In this document: positions 11,110-22,700 of the stretch, piece after piece
Layout of the letters: every line of letters begins with the position of its first letter
Position numbering within the stretch: position 1 is the first letter of the stretch
Source: Lama guanicoe
Lineage: Eukaryota
Direction of reading: 5' to 3'
NCBI GenBank assembly: GCA_013239625.1
Contig: MU054400.1
Coordinates: 2,081,345 to 2,145,344 of the forward strand
DNA length: 64,000 nt
The notes under the pieces: generated by a model
What the model was told of the DNA's origin: nothing
Database searches by the model: none
What the model saw: the letters and a program-made list of their open reading frames with translations, nothing else
Program-made: the position numbers and the translations under genes

Positions 11110-14000
11110 GCTGAGACTGAATCCATTCCATTTGTTTCATATAACATTTAGTAAGGTTCCTATTGGTAGAATTCCAAATAGCAGGATGAGGCCAACCTGT
11201 AGTATTAATAACCATGCTTGCCAGGGGTTCAAACCCAATCAGCTGAACAAACCCCATACACTGTCAGAGTCTACTTTGGCTGCTTCCTACGTATTGTTCC
11301 TGTATTGACTTTTCCCCTTGGTCCAAGGCATTAATCTAGTTACAGCTGGTTGTCTTTTTTTTTTTTTCAATCACAAAAGTCATTTATTCCAAAGCATTCA
11401 ATAGAGAAGTGTTTGCTAAAATGTGGCATGGGAGATGGTTTTAGGATATATCCCAAAGGAACGCTTTTGTAACAGTTGTAATTTTATTTGAAGAATATTG
11501 GTTTCTTATTTATGGAAATGATATACTTAAATTTAAGTTTAAAGTCAGATTGATTTCACTATGTTGTACACCTGAAACTTATGTAATGTTGTACATGAAC
11601 TATACCTCAAAAAACGTCAAGTGGATTTAAAAACACATTTTAAAAATTTTTTTAATTTTAATTTTTTATTTTTTAGTTGAAGTATAGTCAGTTTACAGTG
11701 TGTCAATTTCTGGTGTACAACATCATGTTTCAGTCATATATATATATATAAATATTCTTTTTCATAAATAGGTTACTATAAGATATTGAATATAGCTCCC
11801 CATGCTATACAGTATAAAATTGTTGTTTATCTATTTTGTATATAGTGGTTAGTATCTGCAAATCCTGAATTCCCAGTTTATCCCTCTCCACCCCCTTCCT
11901 CCCTTGGTAGCTATACATTTGTTTTCTATGTCTCTGAGTCTTTTTCTGTTTTTTTTTTTAACATTTTTATTGATTTATAATCATTTTACAATGTTGTGTC
12001 AAATTCCAGTGTTCAGCACAATTTTTCAGTCATTCATGGACATATACACACTCATTGTCACATTTTTTTCTCTGTGATTTATCATAACATTTTGTGTATA
12101 TTTCCCTGTGCTATACAGTGTAATCTTGTTTATCTATTCTACAATTTTGAAATCCCAGTCTATCCCTTCCCACCCTCTACCCCCCTGGTAACCACAAGTC
12201 TGTATTCTCTGTCCATGAGTCTTTTGATTCCACAAATGAGCGATCTCATATGGTATTTTTCTTTCTCTTTCTGGCTTACTTCACTTAGAATGACATTCTC
12301 TAGGAGCATCCATGTTGCTGCAAATGGCGTTATGTTGTCAGTTTTTATGGCTGAGTAGTATTCCATTGTATAAATATACCACCTCTTCTTTATCCAGTCA
12401 CCTATTGATGGACATTTAGGCTGTTTCCATGTTTTGGCTATTGTAAATAGTGCTGCTATGAACATTGGAGTGCAGGTGTCATCCTGAAGTAGATTTCCTT
12501 CTGGATACAAGCCCAGGAGTGGGATTCCTGGGTCATATGGTAAGTCTATTCCTAGTCTTTTGAGGAATCTCCACACTGTTTTCCATAGTGGCTGCACCAA
12601 ACTGCATTCCCACCAGCAGTGTAGGAGGGTTCCCCTTTCTCCACAGCCTCTCCAGCATTTGTCATTTTTGGATTTTTGAATGACGGCCATTCTGACTGGT
12701 GTGAGGTGATACCTCATTGTAGTTTTGATTTGCATTTCTCTGATAATTAGTGATATTGAGCATTTTTTCATGTGCTTTTTGATCATTTGTATGTCTTCCT
12801 TGGAGAATTGCTTGTTTAGGTCTTCTGCCCATTTTTGGATTGGGTTGTTTATTTTTTTCTTATTGAGTCGTATGAGCTGCTTATATATTTTGGAGATCAA
12901 GCCTTTGTCGGTTTCACTTGCAAAAATTTTCTCCCATTCCGTAGGTTTTCTTCTTGTTTTATTTCTGGTTTCCTTTGCTCTGCAGAAGCTTGTAAGTTTC
13001 ATTAGGTCCCATTTGTTTATTCTTGCTTTTATTTCTTCTAGGAGAAAATTTTTGAAATGTATGTCAGATAATGTTTTGCCTATGTTTTCCTCTAGGAGGT
13101 TTATTGTATCTTGTCTTATGTTTAAGTCTTTAATCCATTTTGAGTACAGCTGGTTGTCTTAACGATTGCGCATATTTTGCTTTGGCCTACAAGGAGGCAA
13201 TCTAGAGCAATTATATCAATCATCACCCTGAGCAGTGAGTTGAGGCTGATTTGAATGCCTTCCAGGGCCCATGTGATGTCATTGATCTCTTCAGCTAAAG
13301 TCAGGACACATTTTGATCTGCCTCTTCAAATTAGATGGTTCTCATTGTAGGAATAGGAATAACTCCTCACTAATTGTGTACAAATAACAAGTAAGCCCTC
13401 TGAGAAGCTCCTCCAAGTAGTCAAGGGCAGCTTCATTCTGTATAGTCCGCCCAGTAACCTGAGGGCTGTGTGATCTGCTGATGATGCTTCCTTAAATGTG
13501 TCTTATGACCAGCTCTAAGGTGCAAGCCACTGTGTTTTCAAGAGGAGGCAAGTTAATACCTGGCTTCTATGTAAGAAGTATAGTCCTGGGGCGCACATGG
13601 TAAACCTGGAAAGAAAATGTTGTTTATAAACTTTGGAGCTCCCTAAATGTGATCACCAGCTGGTTGTTAAGCCTTAGGGTTCCTAGTTCAGTTTGAATAA
13701 TTGAGACTAGTCCTTGTTTATGGAAGGACTGCTACAAGCAGTGAGTCCAAACTGTCCTGTTTGTCCACATCACCTGCCCACAGAATGACTAGTGAAGGCC
13801 ACAGGGGTGGGAATGGGAAAGCTCTCTGAAGGTGTTGACACATATTTTGCACGGAAGGTGCAGGATATGGGCCATTCCCTGTCATTTCCAGTTGGCTTCT
13901 TATATTAGGGTTGAGGAGAATGGCACTTGTGGTCAGAGCTATCTGGTAAGGTATAGCAGCCCCAGCAGTGAGTTAAAGTCGGTGTTTGGTATTTCCAGAG
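11110..14000 (-). pseudogene. Retroviral env remnant (gamma-type SU/TM), interrupted by L1 at 11357-13144
   Basis: LTHCWGCYTLP (CWGC at 13967-13956); MCAPGLYFL...TCL...ACTL (~13598-13515); [51 protein letters not shown] (13298-13146); after the L1, N*INALDQGEKSIQ and hydrophobic WLLILQVGLILLFGILPIG. Confidence 0.85.
11357..13144 (-). mobile_element. Young 5'-truncated L1 (ORF2 C-terminus + 3' UTR) with 3'-transduced flank
   Basis: Perfect 16-bp TSD TACAGCTGGTTGTCTT at 11341-11356 and 13145-13160; ORF 12160-13002 is L1 ORF2 C-terminus (CWRGC...HCWWEC); two poly(A) tracts. Confidence 0.93.
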
Positions 14001-17000
14001 AGCCCACCTAAGCATTTTTCTTCATGAGGAAAGATCCCAGGATAGCTCTGAAAGATGGAAGATCACTAATGTCTCTCCCTTTCCTGTGCCTGCCAAGGCC
14101 CAAGATGTTTCTACCCCTAGTGCTGGGATTGTTTACCTCCACCACCAACATATCAGTGTGTCCCATTCCAGTAACTGTAACTTTATCCCTAATCATCTCT
14201 ACTCACACCCAGACCTTTTATTCAGAAAAGTAGGTGCAAACGGGATAAGGACATTTTTCTAAAACTTACAGGGACACATTATGTCTCTCATTTTGACCTT
14301 TATGGAACACGTGAGGGGGGCCCAGGGAGGAAGGTATTCAGTTACGTAGTCATTATCTTCATGAGCTAGGACCATGTCAGGCCAAGAAGAGAATCAAAGC
14401 ACCTGAACCAGGTTTAAGTTTCAATCCCATAGGCTCCATTTGGCTGGGCTGCCATCAACTGGGCCAGCCCGCAGTTGTCATTAGGGGAAAGAAAGAAGTG
14501 TCATGCCCAGGAATGCCCAGGGTAGAATTCTGGATATTCAAAGTAGGTTTATGAACTCCCACTCTGGCCCTTTTGTCCTTACAATTACCTCGCAAGTGGC
14601 CAAGAGGAGATGAACCCTTCCTGGGGATAGCCCCATTTAGTGACCAAAGTACCTAGCACTAAAGTGTATGAACTAGGAGGAGGTAGGGGTTATAGATTAA
14701 AAGATCTTTTTGAGTTGATTTTTGAGATGACTGTTCCAACACTCAATAATACCAGATGCCTGTGGATAACAGCATGGGAAGTCCATTAAGGACCTTGGCC
14801 ATCAGCCCACTGAGTAACTTTTGACAAAGATATACCATTGTCAGACTGTAAATGCTCCAGAAAGCCAAAAACATTAGTTTCAAGGGCCACAGTGGTGTGG
14901 TTAGAATAAGTTGATTGGTCTAGACTAATAACACCGAAGCTGAAAAAGCATCCAGAGCAGCTGGTAAGACAGGGGTCAAAAGCCCGATGTAATCAATATG
15001 CCAGGAGTGGGCGGGGTCCACACTCATGCATCGTGGCCTCATTCCCTGTGAGAAAAAAATGTGTCACCTTTTGCCAGGAGTCCCAGTGTGGCGTGCAGTG
15101 GTAGCCTCTGCATCAGAAACATAGACTTCTCTACTCTGTTCCCAGTTTATGATGATGGGTGTGAATCATACCTCAAACAATGACAGACACATGGCAATAA
15201 GGGCAGCACAGAGCTCTGTCAGCAGCTTGACTCCAGTCAGTCCACTCAGAATGGCCCCTACCATGGCTGGCTCTCTACATGAGACACAAGTGGCTGGGCC
15301 AGCAGCTGTGGTTGTTTCCACAGCTCACGTCTCCAAAGAGGAGGAATGTTTTTAATCTGCCCATCCGTAGTTTTCCAAGTACAGACCAAAGAGCTAGGCC
15401 ATTGGCAACTGCCCAAGAGTCAGTACAAATATAACAAGGTTCAGCAAGAGGACTACTGGTGAGAGATAAGAGAGTAGCCTTGAATTCTGCCCACTGAGTG
15501 TAGTGACCTTGTCCACTTTTGATTCTACATGTTAACACTGGAATTGCACAGCTGCAACAGCTCCAAGAACCCTATCAGGTTTCAGCGTAGCCAAACCATC
15601 AGTGAATCAGGCCCAAGTATTTAGGGGAAAGTGTGAACTGAGGGCCCCACTGAGCCAGTGGCTTTGCCTCAAGCAGAAAAGCCAGAGGGAGGAGAAAGTA
15701 AAGGATAACTTTTCTCCAAGGGCATAGCTACCACTTTTTCACATAAAGCCAAGATACCACTGGGGCAGAAACAGTGGGATTCTTGAGCATACCATTTCCA
15801 TTGACAAGCAAGGCTTATTGAGCCCTTTTCACCTTGGTGTCCTTCAGTCCAAGTTGACCCATCCCAAAATGATAGTATTAGGCTGAGAGTTGCAAGGCCT
15901 TTATCAATCAGGCATTCAGTTTCAACAAGAGCTCAGCAGCAAGCTAACAGCTGCTTTTCAACAGGGGTGTATGTAGCAGCTGTTTTAGAGAAACTATGAG
16001 TTAAAACCCCAAGGGGGACCTCCAGGGGGAGGCTGTCTCCCCTTGTCAGAGGTTCCAGTGGGCAAAGTCATCAATCCTGTAGACTTGTAGCTCAGATCAT
16101 GGTGCCTCAGAGATACTAGGGCTTCTCAACCTGCAGCTCCTCCCAATCAGAAGAATCTCCTCTGCACAACATTGTACACTGACTATAACTCAATAAAAAA
16201 AATTTTTTTTTAAAGAGAATCTCCTCTGGCATTTATAGGATGAGGAAACCCAAGTATATGACACATAAGTTACTACTGTACCCTCATACAGCTGAATCCA
16301 GGAGCCAGTTTGCCTGTGGGGCTGGTAGAATGGTGACTTGGGCACCTGTACCCAGCAGAGCCATACAAGTTTGGCTTCCTCCCCTCCCCAAAGTTTCCCA
16401 GCTTACTTGCCAGATGCATGGGCCTCTGGTTCCCCTTGTGGAAAGAGAAACCTTGTCCCCTCCCCTAATTATCACCCCCTTACAGCAGCTGAGATTGGGG
16501 TGGAGGAGAAAGGAGGGAGCAAGAGGCAAGGAAGGAGAGAGTGGCTAGCTGTGGAAAGGGAGGTGCATTGACTTTGCTGTAAGTAGTGCAGTGGCTGACC
16601 TCAGTTTAACCAACAAAATTCCAATGTTTTTAGTCCACCCAAAGCCTTCTGTTAGGCAGCAAAGTCATCATTTGCTCACATTCTTTTAGCCTTAGGGTCT
16701 GTGGCAGCCACAGCCACATTTTCTAGAGTTTGTGTCCTTCAGCTGACCACCTCCTTGGAGGAGTCCACCTTAATCTGAGTCATCTGCTGTCCCACTATCA
16801 AAATAACATCTCTTAAATTCAGCCTAAGTGCTAGAGGGAGTTTTTTCTGATGTCAGGGCTGATTGCAAGGATTACTTCTAGATTTCTTTGAGTCTGTTTC
16901 TTAATCTTCAATGCGTTACGTCATCAGCATTGTAAACCCAATCTGGGGCAGTTAACAGCCTTAATAACTAATCTAAATGCCTCATTTATGGTTTTCCACA

Positions 17001-17354
17001 GGAGTTAGTCTGCTCAGGATAATCTCCCTGAGAAGTCCAAAGCTTCTTATAGAAGTTTGAATGCAATGTAAAAAAAGCAAATAAAAAAACCCTCCAAGAC
17101 CTTTTACTGTCATCTATGGGTGGATCCAAGATTAGCACGATAAACTTAAGGGAAGGGCTGAGCCGAAGGACGGTAGAGCTGTTGCCATTCTTAACAAGCA
17201 TTATATGCCGACTCCCTGATAACCGTAGCCAACCAGCCAGAGTTCTAAACATTTGCCTGGTTTCTGCCATAACAGTTGGAAATTTCCCTTTCATGTAGTG
17301 CATATCTCTGTAACTACTGTCAGAAAGAGGTCAAAACTTTGTACTATTTATTGT

Positions 17355-17864
17355 AATGGGGTGAACTGAGGCTGATCTAGTATCAGCCTCTACTTGCCCT
17401 ACTTGCAAGCTGTCGAGTTAGTCTGTGGGGGTTTTGTGGATGTGGACAGAAGACACAAGTCTCCTAGGTTAGAGGCAAAAGAGTACTAGCAGTAGACAGA
17501 GTCTCAGAGTTGCCATATGCACCAATTTCCCAGGGCCCCGTTCCCACAGGCCAAGGCAAAGAGGACCAGCGTCATTTGTTCTTGCAATGGGTTGTATTAC
17601 ACAAGAGGAACTCAGAGCCTGAAAAACTCAAATCCTTTGTGATAGGCAGTAATCCAGTCTGCCCTTTGCTCTGGAGGGGAACACTATGTTCCAAGGCTGA
17701 AGCACACCTGCCCTTCGCTCCAGAAGGAGATAGACACTGTATCTTCCAAGTTTGTTGTTTACTATATAAGTGTCATTGAAGGTAGTTCTTAACAGAAGTA
17801 GCCAGCACCTCTTCTCACAAGACATGCAGAAATGCAACAGACCACTGGAAACTGTCCTCTAACA
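17355..17864 (-). mobile_element. 5' LTR (LTR40-like)
   Basis: Begins TGTTAGAGG on the minus strand at 17864; homologous to the 3' LTR; left boundary approximate. Confidence 0.78.
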
Positions 17865-17982
17865 TAGTCTCATAACAATTTATATGTATCTGAAACTCCT
17901 TGCATTCGAAAGTTCTTGAGAATATATTTATTCTAGTTCTTCTCATCCTTAAAGACATATCTCAGAAAAGACTATAGAGAGA

Positions 17983-18327
17983 GAGGTCAAAAAACTTTTT
18001 CTATAAATGATCAGGTAGTAAAGATGAAAAGTTTTTTGTACCATGCAATCTCTGCTGCAACTACTCTGCTGTTGTAGCACTAAGCAGCCACAGACAATAT
18101 GTAAATGAGTCAGGGTGATGATCAATCAATCAATCAATGGGTGTTAACAGTACAACTTCATTTAGGGACACTGAAATTTGGATTTCATACAATTTTTACG
18201 TGTTATGAAATTGGTATTATTCCCCTTTTGATTTTTTAACCATTAAAATGTAAAAATAATTTTAATCCACAGGCTATAGAAAAATAGGTAGAAAAATAAG
18301 CAGCAGGCCAAATTTGTTCCCTACTGT
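17983..18327. mobile_element. MER58B-like hAT MITE
   Basis: tgtagcactaagcagccacagacaatatgtaaa...gacactgaaatttggatttcata motifs. Confidence 0.68.
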
Positions 18328-18346
18328 TCTAAAGAATAAGATTCTC

Positions 18347-18520
18347 TGTGAGGAGCCTCGGCCAAGTGCTGGAGGCTCAGCAAGCACCCAGCCAACCCGT
18401 TCCTGCACACCATCCTGATACTACTAGAGCCTCCGGCAACCCTGTAATCAGCCCTTAATGTATCCATTTATTAAATAAACATCACCTGAGCATCCAAAAC
18501 AAACAAACAAAAAAACCCAA
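18347..18520 (+). pseudogene. Short processed retrocopy of an unidentified mRNA 3' end
   Basis: TSD AAAGAATAAGAT(T/C)CTC at 18331-18346 and 18521-18536; AATAAA 18474-18479; degenerate A-tail from 18496. Confidence 0.75.
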
Positions 18521-18691
18521 AAAGAATAAGATCCTCATAAATTGGCATGAATTCAACTAGGAGATGACAATTTTTTTTTTTTATCTATTTCTTCTAAGTA
18601 CCTGTTCCCCAAGTTGGAAGAACTTACAGTTAAAGGGAAACAAAACCACTTAAGTTCTAAGGCTTACTTATAAAACTGCTAATTGTAGTGT

Positions 18692-19135
18692 GTGACACAT
18701 GGATAAATTTCTGTGTCAACTTGACTGGGACACACAGTGCGCAGATTAAACATTATTTCTGGGTGTATCTATGAGGCTGTTTCTGGGTGAGATTAGCATT
18801 TGAATCAGTGGACTCAGTAAAGCAGATGGCCCTCCCCAGTGTGGGTGGGCATCACCTGACCTGTTGACTGTCCAACTCTGACAAAAAGGCAAAGAAAGGT
18901 TGGATTTTCTCTTTGCCTGACCATTTGAGTTAAGACATCAGTCGTCTCCTGCTCTCAACTAGAGCTAACACCACTGGCCCTCCAGTTCTCAGAACTACAC
19001 TGCTGGCTTTCCTGGGTTCCCAGCTTGCAGATGACAGATTGTGTCTATGTAATTGTGTGAGCTAACTCAATATATACACATATATATATATATATTCCAT
19101 TGCTTCTGTTTCTCTGCAGAACAGACTTGACCATG
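18692..19135 (+). mobile_element. MLT2 (ERV-L) solo LTR
   Basis: tgtgtcaacttgactggg...attatttctgggtgtatctatgagg...gagattagcatttgaatcagtggact motif. Confidence 0.8.
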
Positions 19136-20622
19136 TGTTAGTATGAGTATCTTGATTAGTTAATATATAAGATCTTCCTAATATTCTTCAACTAAGTTTA
19201 AGTGAAAATGCTTAATTGATCATAAGATAGAATTTTAGCTTTCTTGGAAGATTAAACACTCAGTTTCAACTGTGGATAATCAAGGTATAACCCCTAAACA
19301 TTATGACTGTATTAATACACATGTTGGCAGGTGATATCACAGCTTGAGGGCGTAGGGAGGGAGTTTTTGTGTGGAATTTGTAACCCAAAGCAAAACTTTA
19401 TAGCTTTTAGAAGCTAGGAAAGAATTTCTTAAATAAAACACAAAAAGCACAAATCACAAAGAAAACACTGACTTAGTTAATTATATTAAAATAAAAAAAT
19501 TCTGTGCATCAAAACTTCAAAAACAAAATGAAAAGGAAAGCTCTATGCTGAAAAATAAATATGAGAAACTTACAACCGACAAAGAGTTAGTATCCAGAAT
19601 ATATAAAGAATGCCTGCATATAAATAAGAATAAAATAACTAAGAAATGGGCATTTCAATCAAATGGAAATGCTCAACCTCATTAGTTTATATGGAAAACA
19701 CAAATTTAAGCAAGATACCAATTCCTACCCATTATACTAGCAAAAATAAATCTGACAATAGCAACTGTTGTTGACGATATAAGGAAAAGGGAACTTTACT
19801 GTACTGCCATTGGGAGTGTAAATTGGTTTAGCCACTTAGGAAAAATAATTTAGCAGTATTTAGTAAAGCTGATGGCAATTCCACTGGATAATGTAACTAT
19901 AGACCTTAGAAAACCCCGCTATAAATTCACAAAAGACATACAAGAATCTTTATTGCAACACTGTATGTAATAGTTAAAATGAGAAATAACCTAAATAGTC
20001 ACCCACAATACTCATACAGTAGAATGTTATACAGCAGGCAAAATGAGCAAACCAGAGATATATGTATCAATTTAATAAAATCTCAAAAATGGTGAGCAAA
20101 AACTGCACGCTGCATACCATTACCTATAGTTTATCATTTATATCAAGTTTTAAAACAAGCAAAACAATATTAAAGTGTGAAAACATGCACAGGAGTGACA
20201 ACAAAAACATCAGGGTAGTAATTACCTCTGAGATGAAGGGGAACGAGTGAGACTGGGAAAGGATACATGGTGGTGGGAGTGTTTTGTTTTATTTATATTG
20301 TTTTATTCTTTAAGTACATTAATAGATACAGAAATGTTTGCTGTATCTTTCTCTAATCTTTTGTACTTCTGAAGTACCACATTAATTAGACAGATTCTTT
20401 TTAAACCCTTCAGAATGATGTAGTCCCCCTTCCTCTCTCTTTCTGAGTCACGAGGTGGTGTGAGAGTCAGGGAGAAGAACCTAGAAGGGCATGGTGGTAG
20501 GCACTATAGCCCAGAGCTGGGAGTCAGAGAGCCCAAGCAAGTGAAAAGGGCATTCCACAGTGGAGGGGGTGGCAGCACCAATGGGAGATAGCTTATAAAC
20601 AGGGAAACTGATCAAATAAATG

Positions 20623-21253
20623 CAGAAGATCTCATTATTTGTGAATTCCCTATTTGCAAATTCACTTAATTGTTAAAATTCATTTGTAACCTCAAAATCA
20701 ATACTTGTGATGCGTTTGCAATCATTTGTAGACATGCACAGGGTGGTAAAAAGTTTGAGTTATTTGATGCACACATTCCCAGCTGAGGTCAGACAGGGTG
20801 ACACTCTGCCTTTACTTCAGCTCTCATACTATAAGCAAATGTCCTTTTCACAGTCTGTCTAGTTAGTGCCACATTAAAAAAAAATTTTTTTTGAGCTTTT
20901 TTGTTGGTGATTTAACTGTTTAAAATGGCCCCAGTCGTAATGCTGAAGTGCTGTCTAGTGCTCATAAGGGCAAGAAGGCTGTGATGTGCCTTACAAAGAA
21001 AATACGCATGTTAAATAAGATTTGTTCCAGCATGAGTTACACTGCTGTTAGCCATGCGTTCAATGTTTATGAATCAATAATATATATTAATAAAATGTCC
21101 TTATACAGAAACAAATTTTAAAAGGTTATATATTGATCAGTTGATAAAAATGTTAATGAGAGGCACCTAACTCTGTATGTCCCCTCGGAGCAATGGTTCA
21201 GTGTTCACAGTGATATTACAGAACAAACTACCTCGAGTAATGAGATTCAACTG
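20623..21253. mobile_element. MER82-like TcMar-Tigger DNA transposon within an old L1 3' UTR
   Basis: Imperfect TIRs cagaagatctcatta / taatgagattcaactg, followed by TA; internal match to recalled MER82. Confidence 0.75.
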
Positions 21254-22344
21254 TAAATATATTAAGGATAATGGAAACCAGGTTTCTCCCTGTCAGAGAA
21301 GGGAATTACAAATACAGTAAGGGAGAAGACTAGAATGAACTTAATAGTGTTGGATTGGAATTAGTTGAACTCAATAGTTTTTAACATAGATACAGATTGA
21401 CTATAAATAGAAATGTTTGTATCTATGAGCATGTGTGTGTGCATGTGTGTATTCCTAACTCTGTTCACTGAAAGGTCTAGGAACAGTAGTATCACAATAG
21501 CAATAAGCACACCGAGCGCACAGATCTCGGCTTTTCCCCTCTTATAAAAGGAATCAGGGGTCCCTGGAACATACCTGATTCACAGGGCTGCAGTAGGAAA
21601 AGTACAGCTTTTTTTTTTTCCAGAAAGCAAAAAACATGCTAATAGAATGATGGGTTGTGTCACAAGGACACAAAAGTCAGCTTGAAGAGGCTCCCAATAA
21701 CCAAACTGGGGACAATTTGAGTAACAAAATAATAGATTACAGATCTTTGAATAAAATAGTAAACCACAAGTCCGTAAGATGGAAATGAATAAATAAAAAT
21801 TTTGGTAAAGATTAGTATATTTAAAGCACCCCCCCAAATTATTAATTACGAAGGGAAAGAGATTAACTTTCTGTTGGATAAGCCTGGCAGACCATATCAA
21901 GCAAGCAAAGTGCACATCATCAGGAGCAGGACAGACCTGTATCATGCGTCACCTTACAGGATGTTCTGTCAACTTGAGAAACTTGGATGGGGACTAAGAA
22001 TTGGATGGTAGTAATGCAACAATGTTAATTTCCTTACTTTGATGGTTGTATTGTGGTTGTGTAAGAGACTGTCCTTTTTTAAATGAAATACACAGAAAGT
22101 ATTCTGGGCTATCAGGTTGGCAACTTATTCTCAAATGATCAGGGAAAGAGAAATTTTTTTGTATTTAGAGATTTTCTGTTGGGTTGTTATTTTTTCCAAA
22201 AAAATTTTAAAAAAATCATTAACACTAAACAAAATTAAGTAGTGGCCACTAGAAGACAGAATGGGTTTGGGGAGAATATTGTGCCACAGTAAATTTATTT
22301 ATAGGTTTTGATAGAATTATTGAATAATCAGACATAAAGAGTAA

Positions 22345-22700
22345 ACATAATTATCCTGATTTCAGCAAGATATTTGACAGAAACCTCATGCAATCTCTCT
22401 GTAAATAAAGTGGGAAAATGTGTGCTGGAAAATAGGAAAGTTAGGCGGCTTCAAAGCTGGTTGAATATTTATACCAAAATAATGCCTTTTTTTCCCAATG
22501 TCAGCGTGAGAGAAAGTTTCCAGCAGCATGCGATAGGACTTTGTACTTGGTCCTAATCTACTCAACATTTTTGTCAACATGGAAGATATGAGTCATCTTT
22601 GCCAAATGTACAGAAGATAATATTTAGGAGACTAGCTAATATAGTGGATGGCAGAGTCATTAAAAATCTCTGCAATGACAAGCTGAAGTGAATTAAAGAA
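22345..22700 (+). mobile_element. Ancient CR1/L3 LINE reverse-transcriptase relic
   Basis: Degenerate DFSK.FD (gatttcagcaagatatttgac) and VLGP.L.NIF (gtacttggtcctaatctactcaacattttt) motifs. Confidence 0.6.

Larger units (their letters stand above)
10114..17864 (-). mobile_element. Decayed two-LTR endogenous retrovirus (LTR40/HERVL40-like, class III pol remnants) with env remnant
   Basis: Two related LTRs in the same orientation. Minus-strand peptide relics: ALLGTGAQVTILP (protease, ~16330-16365), YTPVEKQLLACC*ALVETE (~15915-15972), QWKWY, WA*FTDG, QWAEFKA...TDSWAVANGLALWS (RNase H), SWHIDYIG (integrase, ~14985-15008), plus env motifs. Confidence 0.88.

Noticed and set aside
12160..13162. 280-aa ORF and its 145-aa antisense partner as host genes
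   Set aside because: L1 ORF2 C-terminus of a 5'-truncated copy and its antisense shadow
11110..14000. Domesticated syncytin-like env gene
   Set aside because: Multiple stops and frameshifts, mutated CX6CC, no clear furin site and an L1 insertion; non-coding in this genome
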